From positions 1-62,690 of the IMG/VR virus record IMGVR_UViG_3300032883_000564: 62,690 nt of DNA; one strand, written 5' to 3'. The stretch comes from a virus (taxonomy: Duplodnaviria; Caudoviricetes). A program made the position numbers and the translations under genes. The notes under the pieces are model-generated. The model was not told the origin of the DNA. It was given only the letters and a program-made list of their open reading frames with translations, and did no database searches. Each line of letters begins with the position of its first letter. The first letter of the stretch is position 1. Shown in pieces: positions 26,475 through 35,760 of this stretch.

Positions 26475-28126
26475 CAGAGTCCCGGTATGTCCGCCTCCCT
26501 CAAGGCGCCAAGGCGCTCCTCGCGCATCTTCGAGGTCAGCTTCGTCAGCCGCTTCAGCCTGTCCTTGTAGCGCTCGCCAGCCCAGGCAGGGAGCTTCTCT
26601 GCGAAGTCAGCTTTCTCGACGTTCAGGAGGCCGTCGAAGAACGCGCGCACGGCCTCGGCGTCGGGGCCCAACTCTGCGAGTCTGGCACCTATCGTCTCCA
26701 GGACGTCGGGGGGCAGGACTGCGGAGCGGAACGGGCGGGGTGGCGCCTCTCCCTTAGCAACCCGCATCGCGAAGCGCTTCCAGCGCCGCAGCTCGTCGAG
26801 TTCGGCCTGCGAATCTCCGGGCGCCCGGAGATCTCCACGCTTCTTCGTCGCCTCGCCCACCACCTGAGAGTTCGACGGCATGTAGTAGCGCTCGCCACCG
26901 GAATAGCCGGGTTGGCCGTGCTTGGCCCGCTCCTCGTTCGGATTGCTCAAGCCGTACTGGACACGACGGACAGCATTCGTCGTCTCCGTCGTGTCATCGC
27001 CAAACGCAGGCCGGCGGAAGCGGAAGAGCCAGTTGTGGATGCCCAGTCCCTTGAACCACAGGTTCATCGTCTCTTCGACCGGCTCTTGAAGCGGGCGGGA
27101 CTCCTGGCGATATACGATTTCGATGAGCTGTCCGAGGGTACTCCTGTTTATGTCCTCCACGGCGCCAAGGACCCCGGCGGGCGTGCCGATGATGCCAAGC
27201 ATCTCATCGCGGTTGAACTTGCGACCCCTGAGGTACTCCTGGTCGCGGCCGAAGGCTTGGCCGAAGGACTTGTACTCGGTCAGGCCCTGGATCGCTGCGA
27301 ACGCCTTGTTAGCGTTCTCCACGCCGCCATAGAGGTTATCCAGGGTCTCGCGGTTCTCCCGCATGATGTCCTCGCTGAGATCGGGGCCAAAGACAAAGGC
27401 GCCGGGCGGAGTCCGGTTGTTCTTGAACGTATTACGATTCCAGACCTGGGAGTAGAGGTCAGTAGTTGCGGCCATTTCCAGGGACTCCAGGTCGGAGACA
27501 CCCAGGCGGCCATCCACGTCAGGGATCTCGAAGCGGATCACCTCGTCCTGCGCGAACGGCTGGCGCCCGCCAGGCATGATCTGAACGTAGGCCTCGTCGC
27601 GGTTCAGGAACTGGCCGAAGCGGTCCACCCTGGGAATCACGGCCCCGAACATCACCTGAAAGTCAATGATGTCATCGAAGCCGTTACGAACAACTTCCCA
27701 GTAGACCTCCGAGAGGAGCTTGAGGCGGGCAAAGGTGACGTAGAACTTCTGCTTGGGCAGGCTCCACTGCCTGATGTTGACGACGTCGCCGATCTCCGGC
27801 TCAAAGAACGCCGTGAGGAACGCCAGCTCCTCGTCGGCGCTGGCGTCCTGCTCTTGCTCGGAGGGCACGAACTCCCAGCCCTCCGAGACGGAGATGTGGG
27901 CGATGCGGCGGATGCCGGCCCGGACCCAGGACTCGCGGCGCCAGAGGCCGAGCAACTCCTGGCGGCTGACGTAGGGGCTGCCAATGCCGGCCCCGCCAAC
28001 CAGGCCAGCAAGACCGGTCGTGCCTGGCAACATGCCGGAGCGGATGCGCGGCTGGTCCTTCTCGCTCTTCTCGACGGAGGCTTGCTGGTGGTGAGAGTCG
28101 GGGACCCAGATGGAGACTTCAGCCAC
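26474..28126 (-). CDS. Portal protein
   Basis: YWEVVRN, GVSDLESL, FKNNRTPPG, LSNPNEER; follows terminase. Confidence 0.9.
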   Translation of the reverse strand: MAEVSIWVPDSHHQQASVEKSEKDQPRIRSGMLPGTTGLAGLVGGAGIGSPYVSRQELLGLWRRESWVRAGIRRIAHISVSEGWEFVPSEQEQDASADEELAFLTAFFEPEIGDVVNIRQWSLPKQKFYVTFARLKLLSEVYWEVVRNGFDDIIDFQVMFGAVIPRVDRFGQFLNRDEAYVQIMPGGRQPFAQDEVIRFEIPDVDGRLGVSDLESLEMAATTDLYSQVWNRNTFKNNRTPPGAFVFGPDLSEDIMRENRETLDNLYGGVENANKAFAAIQGLTEYKSFGQAFGRDQEYLRGRKFNRDEMLGIIGTPAGVLGAVEDINRSTLGQLIEIVYRQESRPLQEPVEETMNLWFKGLGIHNWLFRFRRPAFGDDTTETTNAVRRVQYGLSNPNEERAKHGQPGYSGGERYYMPSNSQVVGEATKKRGDLRAPGDSQAELDELRRWKRFAMRVAKGEAPPRPFRSAVLPPDVLETIGARLAELGPDAEAVRAFFDGLLNVEKADFAEKLPAWAGERYKDRLKRLTKLTSKMREERLGALREADIPGL

Positions 28127-28201
28127 GGCTACACCCAGACCTTGCAGCGGGACAGACCGTAGAGCGGACAACGGACACGGTCAGAACCTCTAGCCGACAG
28201 C

Positions 28202-28495
28202 CTAGCGCGTGGTTTCGCCTGCCCCTACTCTCTCCTGGCGCAAGCGTCTGATGATACTGCTCACGGTGTCGGCCTTGAGACCGAGGCGGCGGGCGATCTC
28301 CTGCCGGGAAAGACCGGACCCGTGGAGACGCATCACCTCGGCCCCACGCTCAGCCACACGCAGACCGTAGATGCCCTGGGGCAGGTCATAGCGGCACGTC
28401 GGCAAGGGACAGACCAAGCAGGAGTCGTGCTCTTCACAGCCACCGTCGCGGCGGTTCAACCTCTCAGGAGATGCTACATTGTGCCGCTTGCCCAT
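28202..28495 (-). CDS. Cys-rich HTH transcriptional regulator
   Basis: DGGCEEHDSCLVCPLPTCRYD plus GLSRQEIARRLGLKADTVSSI. Confidence 0.75.
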   Translation of the reverse strand: MGKRHNVASPERLNRRDGGCEEHDSCLVCPLPTCRYDLPQGIYGLRVAERGAEVMRLHGSGLSRQEIARRLGLKADTVSSIIRRLRQERVGAGETTR

Positions 28496-30094
28496 CTACA
28501 CCGCCTTTATGCGCTGGCCGCGGCTCTCCAGCCGGGAGGCGGCAAGTACCCGGATGCAGTCGGCGCCGTCATCTGGGTTACTCCGGCCCGTGTTATCCGC
28601 TGGCTCCTCGGCATAGACCCCCGACGCGACCTGTTTGCGGTGGTACTGGCCCATGTCCCGCCGAAGCCAGCGGCAGCGCGGGTGCACCAGTAGGCCTCGA
28701 TGGCCCTGGGCGTCACGGATAAGGCGCCGGACCTCCTTGACTCCATCTATAACGCCGGTCTTCGTGGGCGCCCTGACGGGCACGCCGAGCTGGCGAATGT
28801 AGGACTGGAGTTGCTTGTCGGTGACGCCCGCGTAGCAGACTCCCGGCTTGCGGTAGGCTTTCGCCTGCCCTGTGAGTTCGGCCTTCCGCCCTTCATCCCA
28901 CACCGTCTCCTGCCAGTACCAGATGCCCGTCTCACGTTCGGCCGCGTCCAGCTCCCGCTTCCCGGAGAGCCAGCGCATGACCTCCTCATAGAGCGTCATG
29001 TTGGTGTAGAGCTCGTTGAACACGTGCACGTCGCCGTTGCCCATCTCCTGGACCGCCAGGACAACGAGAGGGTCGGGGGAGTACCCGTCATCAACCGCCC
29101 AGGCCACCGGCAACTCAGGGTTGTACTCCGCCTCCTCGGTCACGTTGGAGTCCGGGTCGCCGGGCGCGTCCAGCCAGTTCTCGTAGACCAGGCCCTTGCG
29201 GGAAGCCGTCCGGCAGAGGCTCTGGACATTCCACGTGTCATTGTCTGACTGCAGCCGCCGGTTGATCGCGTCCACCTTCTTGATGTGGCCCGTGGCCTGG
29301 CGCACGCGCCCCTGGCAGTCCTCCCACAGCAGGCAGTCGTAGGGCTTCGTCTCCACGCCCCGCTTCACGCGCTCGGCGTCCTCGCAGGTGGCGCAGGGTT
29401 CCATGACATCTAGAAGACAGGAGACGTACACTTTGATGCCCCGGCTGGGCGCCTCCGTCAGCAGCCGGTTCATGGGGCCGAAGGATGTGACCATAGCCGA
29501 GGCATACAGCGTCTGCGCCGGGTAGCGGTCGCTGGACATGGGCATCCCGACGAACTGCTGGTAGACATCCCAGGCCATGAGATCGAACTCGTCGGCGACG
29601 GCGAAGTTGGGGTGCGGCCCGGAGGTCGCCCCAATAGTGCCCGGTAGCACCTCCAGCCGGCTCCCGTTCTTCCAGCGCGTCTCAGACATCAACGGGTCCT
29701 GGGCCAGGGCCCGGCGGAAGTGCGGGTCGCGGAAGTATTCCTTCAGGTAACCGTAGTTGAGGTTCGCTTGGCGCATGATGGCGCCCACATGGGAGGTCTG
29801 GAAGCTATCACGGTAGTGGTGATGCAGCAGGTGCAGGATAGACAAGTCCCTGGTCTTTCCAGAGCCGCGGGCGCCGTGGACGGCAGCAGAGGACACGCGG
29901 ATGAAGTAGACGTCGGCCAGGAATTGGAACGGCGCCGTGTGCTCAGGGCAGACGGCCCGCCAGGCGATGTGGAAGCCCAGGACGTACCAGATCCAGTACC
30001 AGAGCTGCTCGTCGGTCTGGGGCCCAGCCTCCTTGAGCCGCCGGAGCGACGCGACCGCCCGTTCGCGCTGGTACTGCTCAAGGGCCGTGGTCAC
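28496..30094 (-). CDS. Terminase large subunit
   Basis: Walker A GARGSGKT, Walker B AVADEFD, nuclease VDDG and DDGADCIR. Confidence 0.92.
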   Translation of the reverse strand: MTTALEQYQRERAVASLRRLKEAGPQTDEQLWYWIWYVLGFHIAWRAVCPEHTAPFQFLADVYFIRVSSAAVHGARGSGKTRDLSILHLLHHHYRDSFQTSHVGAIMRQANLNYGYLKEYFRDPHFRRALAQDPLMSETRWKNGSRLEVLPGTIGATSGPHPNFAVADEFDLMAWDVYQQFVGMPMSSDRYPAQTLYASAMVTSFGPMNRLLTEAPSRGIKVYVSCLLDVMEPCATCEDAERVKRGVETKPYDCLLWEDCQGRVRQATGHIKKVDAINRRLQSDNDTWNVQSLCRTASRKGLVYENWLDAPGDPDSNVTEEAEYNPELPVAWAVDDGYSPDPLVVLAVQEMGNGDVHVFNELYTNMTLYEEVMRWLSGKRELDAAERETGIWYWQETVWDEGRKAELTGQAKAYRKPGVCYAGVTDKQLQSYIRQLGVPVRAPTKTGVIDGVKEVRRLIRDAQGHRGLLVHPRCRWLRRDMGQYHRKQVASGVYAEEPADNTGRSNPDDGADCIRVLAASRLESRGQRIKAV

Positions 30095-30413
30095 TGTTTG
30101 TCCTCGGCGCGCCGCGCCTGGGCATCGGCCGGCGCCTGGTGCCTCGACCTAAGGGCGCCTTCTGGATCGGCACCGTCCCCGCCATCGCCAGCGGCATCGC
30201 CGCCCAGCCGTTGTCGGAGAGCTGCAGGTGGCCGCCGCGCTCCATCAACCGGAGCAAGAGTGGCAATTCCGCCTTCTCCGTCCTGGCCGCAACCGCCAGC
30301 GCCTCTTGCTCGGTCTCCGCTTCCACCAGTTGTTCGATCACCACGCGATGGCGTACTTGCCACTTCATCCTGGCCTCCGTCACACCCACTCCCTCGCGCA
30401 CTCCACCAGCCAC
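30078..30413 (-). CDS. Hypothetical protein (start uncertain)
   Basis: VEAETEQEA motif; overlaps the terminase start. Confidence 0.45.
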   Translation of the reverse strand: MAGGVREGVGVTEARMKWQVRHRVVIEQLVEAETEQEALAVAARTEKAELPLLLRLMERGGHLQLSDNGWAAMPLAMAGTVPIQKAPLGRGTRRRPMPRRGAPRTNSDHGP

Positions 30414-30537
30414 CGCCTCATCCGCCGTCTCCAGCGACGGTGCCGGAGATGTCTCCAGTAGCGGGCCATGCCCGGCCTCCTGTTGTGCGCGCTCCCCAGC
30501 CCAGAAGCTTCCACTGGCGGCGGTTCATGCAAGGACC

Positions 30538-30566
30538 TTGACCTCATCCGGCGTTCTTGTTACGCT
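30538..30566 (+). promoter_or_regulatory. Sigma70-like promoter, leaderless ATG at 30574
   Basis: TTGACC-N17-TACGCT with extended TG; 7 nt to ATG. Confidence 0.65.
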
Positions 30567-30645
30567 CCGTCACATGAAGGCTATCTGCCCCCAGTATCCG
30601 GCGTTCTTGTTACGCTCCGTCACATGAAGGCTATCTGCCCCCAGT
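30546..30645. repeat. Exact 50-bp tandem duplication
   Basis: 30546-30595 = 30596-30645. Confidence 0.95.
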
Positions 30646-31037
30646 GTGGCTGCGGTGGCGGCAAGCACAATCGACACTGCCCGGTGAGTTATGGGGGCCA
30701 GGCACCGGAGGCAACCGAGGCCCCGCCGTTGCGCCGCGTCACGCCGAAGCGGCGCAGCCCTGCCCCTACGGTGACGGAGCGTCACAAGGATTCTCGGCCT
30801 TTCGACTGGGGCGACATGCTGCCCTGTCCCTGCGGCTGCGGCGAGATGGTGAAAGTCCGACCAGTCTACGCCCGTCCTGCCTGCCGAATGCGGGCCATGA
30901 GGAACCGCAACAAGGCCAATCCTAGCCATCCACCACCTTCGCCTCGACATCGATCACGGGCCCGAGTTGCGGCGGCTCCCGCCCTGTCCGCTTCTGGAAG
31001 ACGGCGGCGACCACCGCGGTTATCTCATCGTCCGTAG
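30624..31037 (+). CDS. Antisense double Zn-finger protein A
   Basis: MKAICPQCGC...H..HC and CPCGCGEMVKVRPVYARPACRMRAMR. Confidence 0.7.
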   Translation: MKAICPQCGCGGGKHNRHCPVSYGGQAPEATEAPPLRRVTPKRRSPAPTVTERHKDSRPFDWGDMLPCPCGCGEMVKVRPVYARPACRMRAMRNRNKANPSHPPPSPRHRSRARVAAAPALSASGRRRRPPRLSHRP

Positions 31038-31587
31038 GCTCGCCAGTGGGGGGCGTGCCCATCGGCAGGAAGACGCCGAATTGGGCTGAAGGGCCCGAGC
31101 GGGGGTTCACGCCTATGTCCTGGCCTATCCGCCACATCATCTCGCCGACCCGCAGCAAGGTCTCGACGGCCTTGTCGACGCCGGGCATAGGGGCGGGTAG
31201 CCCCCCCTCCGTCTCCGTGGCCCGCGCCAACCGTTCCTCAGCCAGCCGGTAGACCTGTTGCAGCGACTGGAACAGGTCGATCTTGACATCGAGGTCCTTG
31301 AGCTTTCGCTCCACAAGGCCCGGGGGCAGTATCTCGGCCGGCGGCATGTGCCTGTCCCGCCAGCGGGAGATCGTCCGTGCAGAGGGTAGGGGGGTCTGCT
31401 CCAGCAGTTGCCCGTACTGCCAACGCATCATGCTAACGATGGTCTCGGGGCTGAAGCGGTGCCGCAGAAGCTCGTGGATTTCCTCGAAGAGGGGATGCTG
31501 CTCGACGGACTCGCCGAACCTGTCCTCGGCACCAACCGGCAAGCCTATCTTTTCGGCGTCAGGGACCTTCTTGTTCCGGGCGGGCAA
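30922..31587 (-). CDS. Terminase small subunit candidate 1 (N-terminal HTH)
   Basis: PSARTISRWRDRH; upstream of the large subunit. Confidence 0.6.
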   Translation of the reverse strand: MPARNKKVPDAEKIGLPVGAEDRFGESVEQHPLFEEIHELLRHRFSPETIVSMMRWQYGQLLEQTPLPSARTISRWRDRHMPPAEILPPGLVERKLKDLDVKIDLFQSLQQVYRLAEERLARATETEGGLPAPMPGVDKAVETLLRVGEMMWRIGQDIGVNPRSGPSAQFGVFLPMGTPPTGEPTDDEITAVVAAVFQKRTGREPPQLGPVIDVEAKVVDG

Positions 31588-31667
31588 GCAGCACCTTCTG
31601 TGTCACTGGATGGACACGGCCCATCTTCGCCCGCCCCGTGGGGCAGCTCTAAGACGGCGGTGGCAAA

Positions 31668-31696
31668 TTGACACGTGAATATTCGCGTTCTATGCT
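31668..31696 (+). promoter_or_regulatory. Sigma70-like promoter, leaderless ATG at 31703
   Basis: TTGACA-N17-TATGCT; 6 nt to ATG; palindromic spacer. Confidence 0.75.
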
Positions 31697-31702
31697 TCAG
31701 GC

Positions 31703-32059
31703 ATGGGCAAGTTCTGTGCATGTGGACGAGAGACGTGTCCAATCTGCAAGGGCAAACCTGCTATTGATGGGGGAATCCTAGGGAGTACCCCTTCAAGAGG
31801 CCGGGCGGGGCCGAAACGGGGGCGAGGCCGCCTTTCCAAACCCCCGCCAAACGCGAACATTCACGTCGCGACGTCCTCTAGGTCTATCGTGGCCCGGCGC
31901 AATCCGGTGCGGGCAGAGGTTGAGGAGGACGGAGCGATAGCGGTGGACTGTTCATGCGGTTGTGGTCAGAAGGTCTACCTCAAACCCGCCTACTTCTCCT
32001 CGGCCTGCAGGGCTAGGGCGTGGCGGAGGAACAGGAAGAAGCCGGCCAGACAGCCCTAA
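31703..32059 (+). CDS. Antisense double Zn-finger protein B
   Basis: MGKFCACGRETCPIC and CSCGCGQKVYLKPAYFSSACRARAWR. Confidence 0.75.
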   Translation: MGKFCACGRETCPICKGKPAIDGGILGSTPSRGRAGPKRGRGRLSKPPPNANIHVATSSRSIVARRNPVRAEVEEDGAIAVDCSCGCGQKVYLKPAYFSSACRARAWRRNRKKPARQP

Positions 32060-32579
32060 GACTACTGTGGCAGGGGCCCACAAAGGCAATGAGGGAATTA
32101 ACGACTTGCGGCGCCAGGCCGAGGGCGAGAAGCTGCTGCTTCAGAACCATGTTCGGGTTCAGGTTGAAGGCCGGACGGTCTACCAGAACGCCACGGGCAT
32201 GGGCGATATCGTCAGCCGCCGCACTGGCCACGGCCAGGAAGCGGGCACGGTCGCCATCCTTGATGCTGGGGTTCTCGGCCAGGGCCATCGCCTGATTGAG
32301 GACCAGCCGCTTGGTCGCGATGTAGTCGACTATCGCGCTGGCACCGGAGACGGCGGAACCCGCCCCGCTGAGTTCTTCGATGGCCTCTCGCCGAACGATC
32401 TCTAGGTCCTCGCGGATGATGTCCTCAAGGGCTGTCTCGCCTTCGACCAGGGCGGGGGCCTGGGCCTTTAGCGTCGCGATGATCGTGGGGATTGATGATC
32501 CTATGAGGTCAAGGCGCCGGACGTGGTGGCGGCGCTCCGCTATCTTGTCGGCTGGGAGCGGGGCAGTCTGCTCACCCAC
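32013..32579 (-). CDS. Terminase small subunit candidate 2 (HTH)
   Basis: RRHHVRRLDLIGSSIPTII...IIREDLEIVR; follows the ParB-methyltransferase. Confidence 0.55.
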   Translation of the reverse strand: MGEQTAPLPADKIAERRHHVRRLDLIGSSIPTIIATLKAQAPALVEGETALEDIIREDLEIVRREAIEELSGAGSAVSGASAIVDYIATKRLVLNQAMALAENPSIKDGDRARFLAVASAAADDIAHARGVLVDRPAFNLNPNMVLKQQLLALGLAPQVVNSLIAFVGPCHSSLRAVWPASSCSSATP

Positions 32580-33744
32580 GCTGCGCCTCCTGGCCTGTGA
32601 ACTGCTCCCAGCGCTTGACCGCCACGTCAACGTAGCGCGGCTCGATCTCCATCCCGTAGCACCGCCGGCCCAGGCGTTCGCAGGCGATCATGGTGGTGCC
32701 GGAGCCGAGGAAGGGGTCAACCACAAGACCGCCGTGCGGACTACTGTTGCCGACGGCTCGGTCACAGAGCGCAACCGGCTTCTGGGTGGGGTGAAGATCG
32801 TTCTTGCTTAGCCGAGGATATTCCCAGAGCGTGACCTCGTTCTTGCTGCCACCCCAATAAGCACGCGGTCGCGTCGCGTAGAAGATCGGTTCATGCTGCT
32901 GATGGTAGCGAGCGCCGAGGTTCCCGAACTGCGCCTGCTGCTTCGCCCAGATGATGATAGCCGATGGCGTAAAGCCAGCCGCGAGAAGGGCTGCCTCCGT
33001 ATGTCTGGCACGCAGACCGGCGTGCCAGACATACGCCGACGCGTTTTCCGTCCAGGGCACCACCTTCAGGAAAGACAGAACACCTGCGTCCGTATCACCT
33101 GCCAATGTCTCCCGCCGCTTGGTGCCTCCGTCGTAATCCACGCCGTAGGGTGGATCGGTAACGCACAGACCTGCCTTCTCCCCCGCCATCAGCCGCTCGA
33201 CATCCTCCGCCTTCGTGCTGTCGCCGCACAGCAGGCGGTGGTCGCCGCAGACCCAGAGGTCACCCGCCTTGCTGATAGGTTCGGATACCTCTGGCACAGC
33301 GTCGGGGTCGGTCAGCCCAGGCTTGGGCTGCATGTAGAGCCGCAGTTCCCCCTCCGTGAACCCCGTCAGGCTCAGGTCCGCTCCGGCCAGCCGCAGGCCG
33401 TCCGTCACCAGCGCCAGCTTGCTCTCGTCCCAGCGGCCCGCGATGCGGTTCAGGGCCACGTTCAAGAGCAGGGCATCTATCTCAGAGACATCGACCTCCA
33501 CCACGGGCACGGTCTCTATGCCGAGTTCAACCGCCGCCGCGATCCGCTGGTGCCCGCCGATCACCTCGCCATTCTCACGCCGCACGATGATGGGGTCGAC
33601 GAACCCCCACTTGGCGAGCGACCGCTTCAGCGCCGCCATCTCCTCGGGCGGCATGAGGCGCGGGTTCTGCTCGTTCAGGTTGAGGCTTGCGGGGTCGACG
33701 TAGCGGATCTGGAGCGGGCCGTTAGCCTTCGTCATCGCAGCCAT
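32572..33744 (-). CDS. ParB-N domain fused to N6/N4 DNA methyltransferase
   Basis: NPR, GFVDPII, IGGHQR; TDPPY; HPTQKP; DPFLGSGTT. Confidence 0.92.
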   Translation of the reverse strand: MAAMTKANGPLQIRYVDPASLNLNEQNPRLMPPEEMAALKRSLAKWGFVDPIIVRRENGEVIGGHQRIAAAVELGIETVPVVEVDVSEIDALLLNVALNRIAGRWDESKLALVTDGLRLAGADLSLTGFTEGELRLYMQPKPGLTDPDAVPEVSEPISKAGDLWVCGDHRLLCGDSTKAEDVERLMAGEKAGLCVTDPPYGVDYDGGTKRRETLAGDTDAGVLSFLKVVPWTENASAYVWHAGLRARHTEAALLAAGFTPSAIIIWAKQQAQFGNLGARYHQQHEPIFYATRPRAYWGGSKNEVTLWEYPRLSKNDLHPTQKPVALCDRAVGNSSPHGGLVVDPFLGSGTTMIACERLGRRCYGMEIEPRYVDVAVKRWEQFTGQEAQRG

Positions 33745-33769
33745 CTTGCCCCGGGGGGGCCTGGGAATC

Positions 33770-34042
33770 CTAGAGTCTGCTGGCGCAGAACTCAGGCTCC
33801 GCCGCCGCCACCTCCTCGGGGAACACCATCGTGATCCGCCCATCACTCAGGCGCATCACGTCGATGCCGATACCGCAGGTCAGGCAGCCACAGTTGCAGA
33901 CCTCAACGATGTCGCCAGGCCTGAGCGGGTACGGCTCCGGGCCCCAATCCTCGAACACCTCGTCAGGGTTGTAGCCCAGAAAGCGGAGACGCTGGCCGGG
34001 GAGGTTCTTGAGGCTGCCGCACCCGCAGGCGCCGGTGCTCAA
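33770..34042 (-). CDS. Hypothetical Cys-containing protein
   Basis: TTGA coupling; co-oriented. Confidence 0.5.
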   Translation of the reverse strand: MSTGACGCGSLKNLPGQRLRFLGYNPDEVFEDWGPEPYPLRPGDIVEVCNCGCLTCGIGIDVMRLSDGRITMVFPEEVAAAEPEFCASRL

Positions 34043-34743
34043 GCGGCCACCACGACGAGCCGGCCGGCCCTGACCGTCCGCTTGAGGCCATAGCGCTCAT
34101 AGTAGTCGCCGACGTCGGGCGGCACAGTCTTGTAGCTCCGCGTCTTGGGCGCCCGCAGCAACGCCTCGACAGCCGGACGCCTGAGCTCCGATGGGTCTAC
34201 CCGCCAGCAGTTGCGCCGCTTGTCGAACTGCCCCCTCAGAGTGCCGGCGGCAAGGAGCAGCCGCACCCGATGGTACGGGCAGCGGTACTCCTTAGCGATC
34301 TCAGCCGCCGACAGGTAGCCCTGCATCGTGCGGGCTTTCAGCCCCAGGCCCTTGCTACCCAGCTTCGACCGGACGGCGCTCACAGAACGATGCAGGTCAC
34401 GCCCTATCGCCTTCAGCGTCTTGTTGCCAGCGTGCTCTAAGAGGTAGGCAACCTCGGTCTCGGTCCAGTCGAGGTTCCGCAAGGTCACGCGGGACGGCTT
34501 GACGCCGGCCGCCAGCCAGGCACGGGCCATGCCATGGAAATACCCGAGGACCCGGCTCGCTGGTGGCCAGTCCATGTGGCCCTTCTTCAGGTGGGTGTAG
34601 GTCGCATCCCGACACGGCAGAGCGCCGGTTAGCTCGGCTGCCGCACGGCGAAGGCCTTCCAGGACGGCCTCACGAGTCCAGTAGCGCTTGTTCCCATAAG
34701 GCGATGCTTGCCAGCGCGGCGATCTCACGCCGGGCTCAGGCAC
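34039..34743 (-). CDS. Multi-HTH DNA-binding protein
   Basis: YWTREAVL, WTETEVAYL...TLKAIGRDLHRS, LSAAEIAKEY. Confidence 0.7.
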   Translation of the reverse strand: MPEPGVRSPRWQASPYGNKRYWTREAVLEGLRRAAAELTGALPCRDATYTHLKKGHMDWPPASRVLGYFHGMARAWLAAGVKPSRVTLRNLDWTETEVAYLLEHAGNKTLKAIGRDLHRSVSAVRSKLGSKGLGLKARTMQGYLSAAEIAKEYRCPYHRVRLLLAAGTLRGQFDKRRNCWRVDPSELRRPAVEALLRAPKTRSYKTVPPDVGDYYERYGLKRTVRAGRLVVVAA

Positions 34744-35464
34744 TCCTCGCCTCCAATCGCGCCAGCCGTCCAGCGCAAGAGCCGAGAGGTCGACGCAGGC
34801 AGGCCGCTATCACCGCCAGAGGTTTGCCCTCCCCCCTCAGCGAGACGAGCTGCACGTCTTCCTGCGGAGAGAAGCGCACGGGCCTCTTCCCCTTCTTGCT
34901 CCATTCACAGGGGAGGACAAAGCCCTGCAGGTCTGATTCCCTCACGAGCCAGTTGCCACGCCGAACAGCCGGCAGGAGTCCCGCTTGGACATACCTCAGG
35001 ACGGAGTAATGGCTAACACACAGGACACGTCCCGCCTCACGCGTCGTGAGGAAGCGGACGCCGTTTAGCATCTCGGCGACCCACGAGCCGAGGGACGGCT
35101 CAAGTACCCCGGGGCTCCACAGGTGCCAATAGCGGTCGTCCTCCAGAAAGCGCAGGAGCGCGTCCTCCGTCACATACCACATCCTGTGCGGTCCATCTCC
35201 CTGGCACCGCCTGGCCTTCAGGTATCCGGTCTTGATCCACTGCGCCACGGGCTTGCTGCAGGACAGGCCAAGCCTCCTAGCTACTGCACGAGCAGAGAGC
35301 AGGAACCGCCGACGGGGCGGTATCCGATTGCGCTTTCGGGCGACTGCAACCGCCACGGCACTGCGGCCCAAGGACTCGCCGATCTTCCGGTCCGTCCAGC
35401 CGCGGGCGAGCAGTTCCTCCAGCCGCAGCAGATCCTCGGAGCTCCACTTCCAACGGCTCCTCAT
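34736..35464 (-). CDS. Multi-HTH DNA-binding protein (Myb-like and excisionase-like repeats)
   Basis: WSSEDL..TDRKIGESLGRS, LSARAVARRLG, LTTREAGRVL, FSPQED. Confidence 0.7.
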   Translation of the reverse strand: MRSRWKWSSEDLLRLEELLARGWTDRKIGESLGRSAVAVAVARKRNRIPPRRRFLLSARAVARRLGLSCSKPVAQWIKTGYLKARRCQGDGPHRMWYVTEDALLRFLEDDRYWHLWSPGVLEPSLGSWVAEMLNGVRFLTTREAGRVLCVSHYSVLRYVQAGLLPAVRRGNWLVRESDLQGFVLPCEWSKKGKRPVRFSPQEDVQLVSLRGEGKPLAVIAACLRRPLGSCAGRLARLEARSA

Positions 35465-35760
35465 GACGCCTTCTCCTGCCCATCCCCCACGAACCGCCTC
35501 AGCAGAAGCGCGGCGTTCATGGGACCTTCGGCACGCCTCTCCAACTCTCGAAGTCCGCGGCGCAGGAAGTCGTACAGCTCCTCATCAGTCAGGGTTCCGA
35601 GCGCCTTCTTCTGCCGGTACGGCCCGGGCCACTGTTCCCAGACGATCTCGAGCGAGCCACGCATGGCTGCAGGGATGGGGCGCAGCATCTCTTCTTCGAG
35701 GTCCCGCCACGAGGGCTCGGGGTCTATGACCGCACCTCCGCCAAAGCCTTCTCGACACAC
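35461..35760 (-). CDS. Hypothetical protein
   Basis: Co-oriented and coupled; start uncertain. Confidence 0.45.
   Translation of the reverse strand: MCREGFGGGAVIDPEPSWRDLEEEMLRPIPAAMRGSLEIVWEQWPGPYRQKKALGTLTDEELYDFLRRGLRELERRAEGPMNAALLLRRFVGDGQEKAS

Noticed and set aside
26096-28162. Long plus-strand ORFs (also 11050-12591, 19110-20633, 22764-24140, 47064-48635)
   Set aside because: Antisense shadows of clear minus-strand genes in high-GC DNA; no motifs or RBS
24870-33790. General late-promoter motif CCGCC...CTAG at about 24875, 28190, 31650 and 33770
   Set aside because: Variable spacing, and one instance is simply a stop codon; too weak without TSS data
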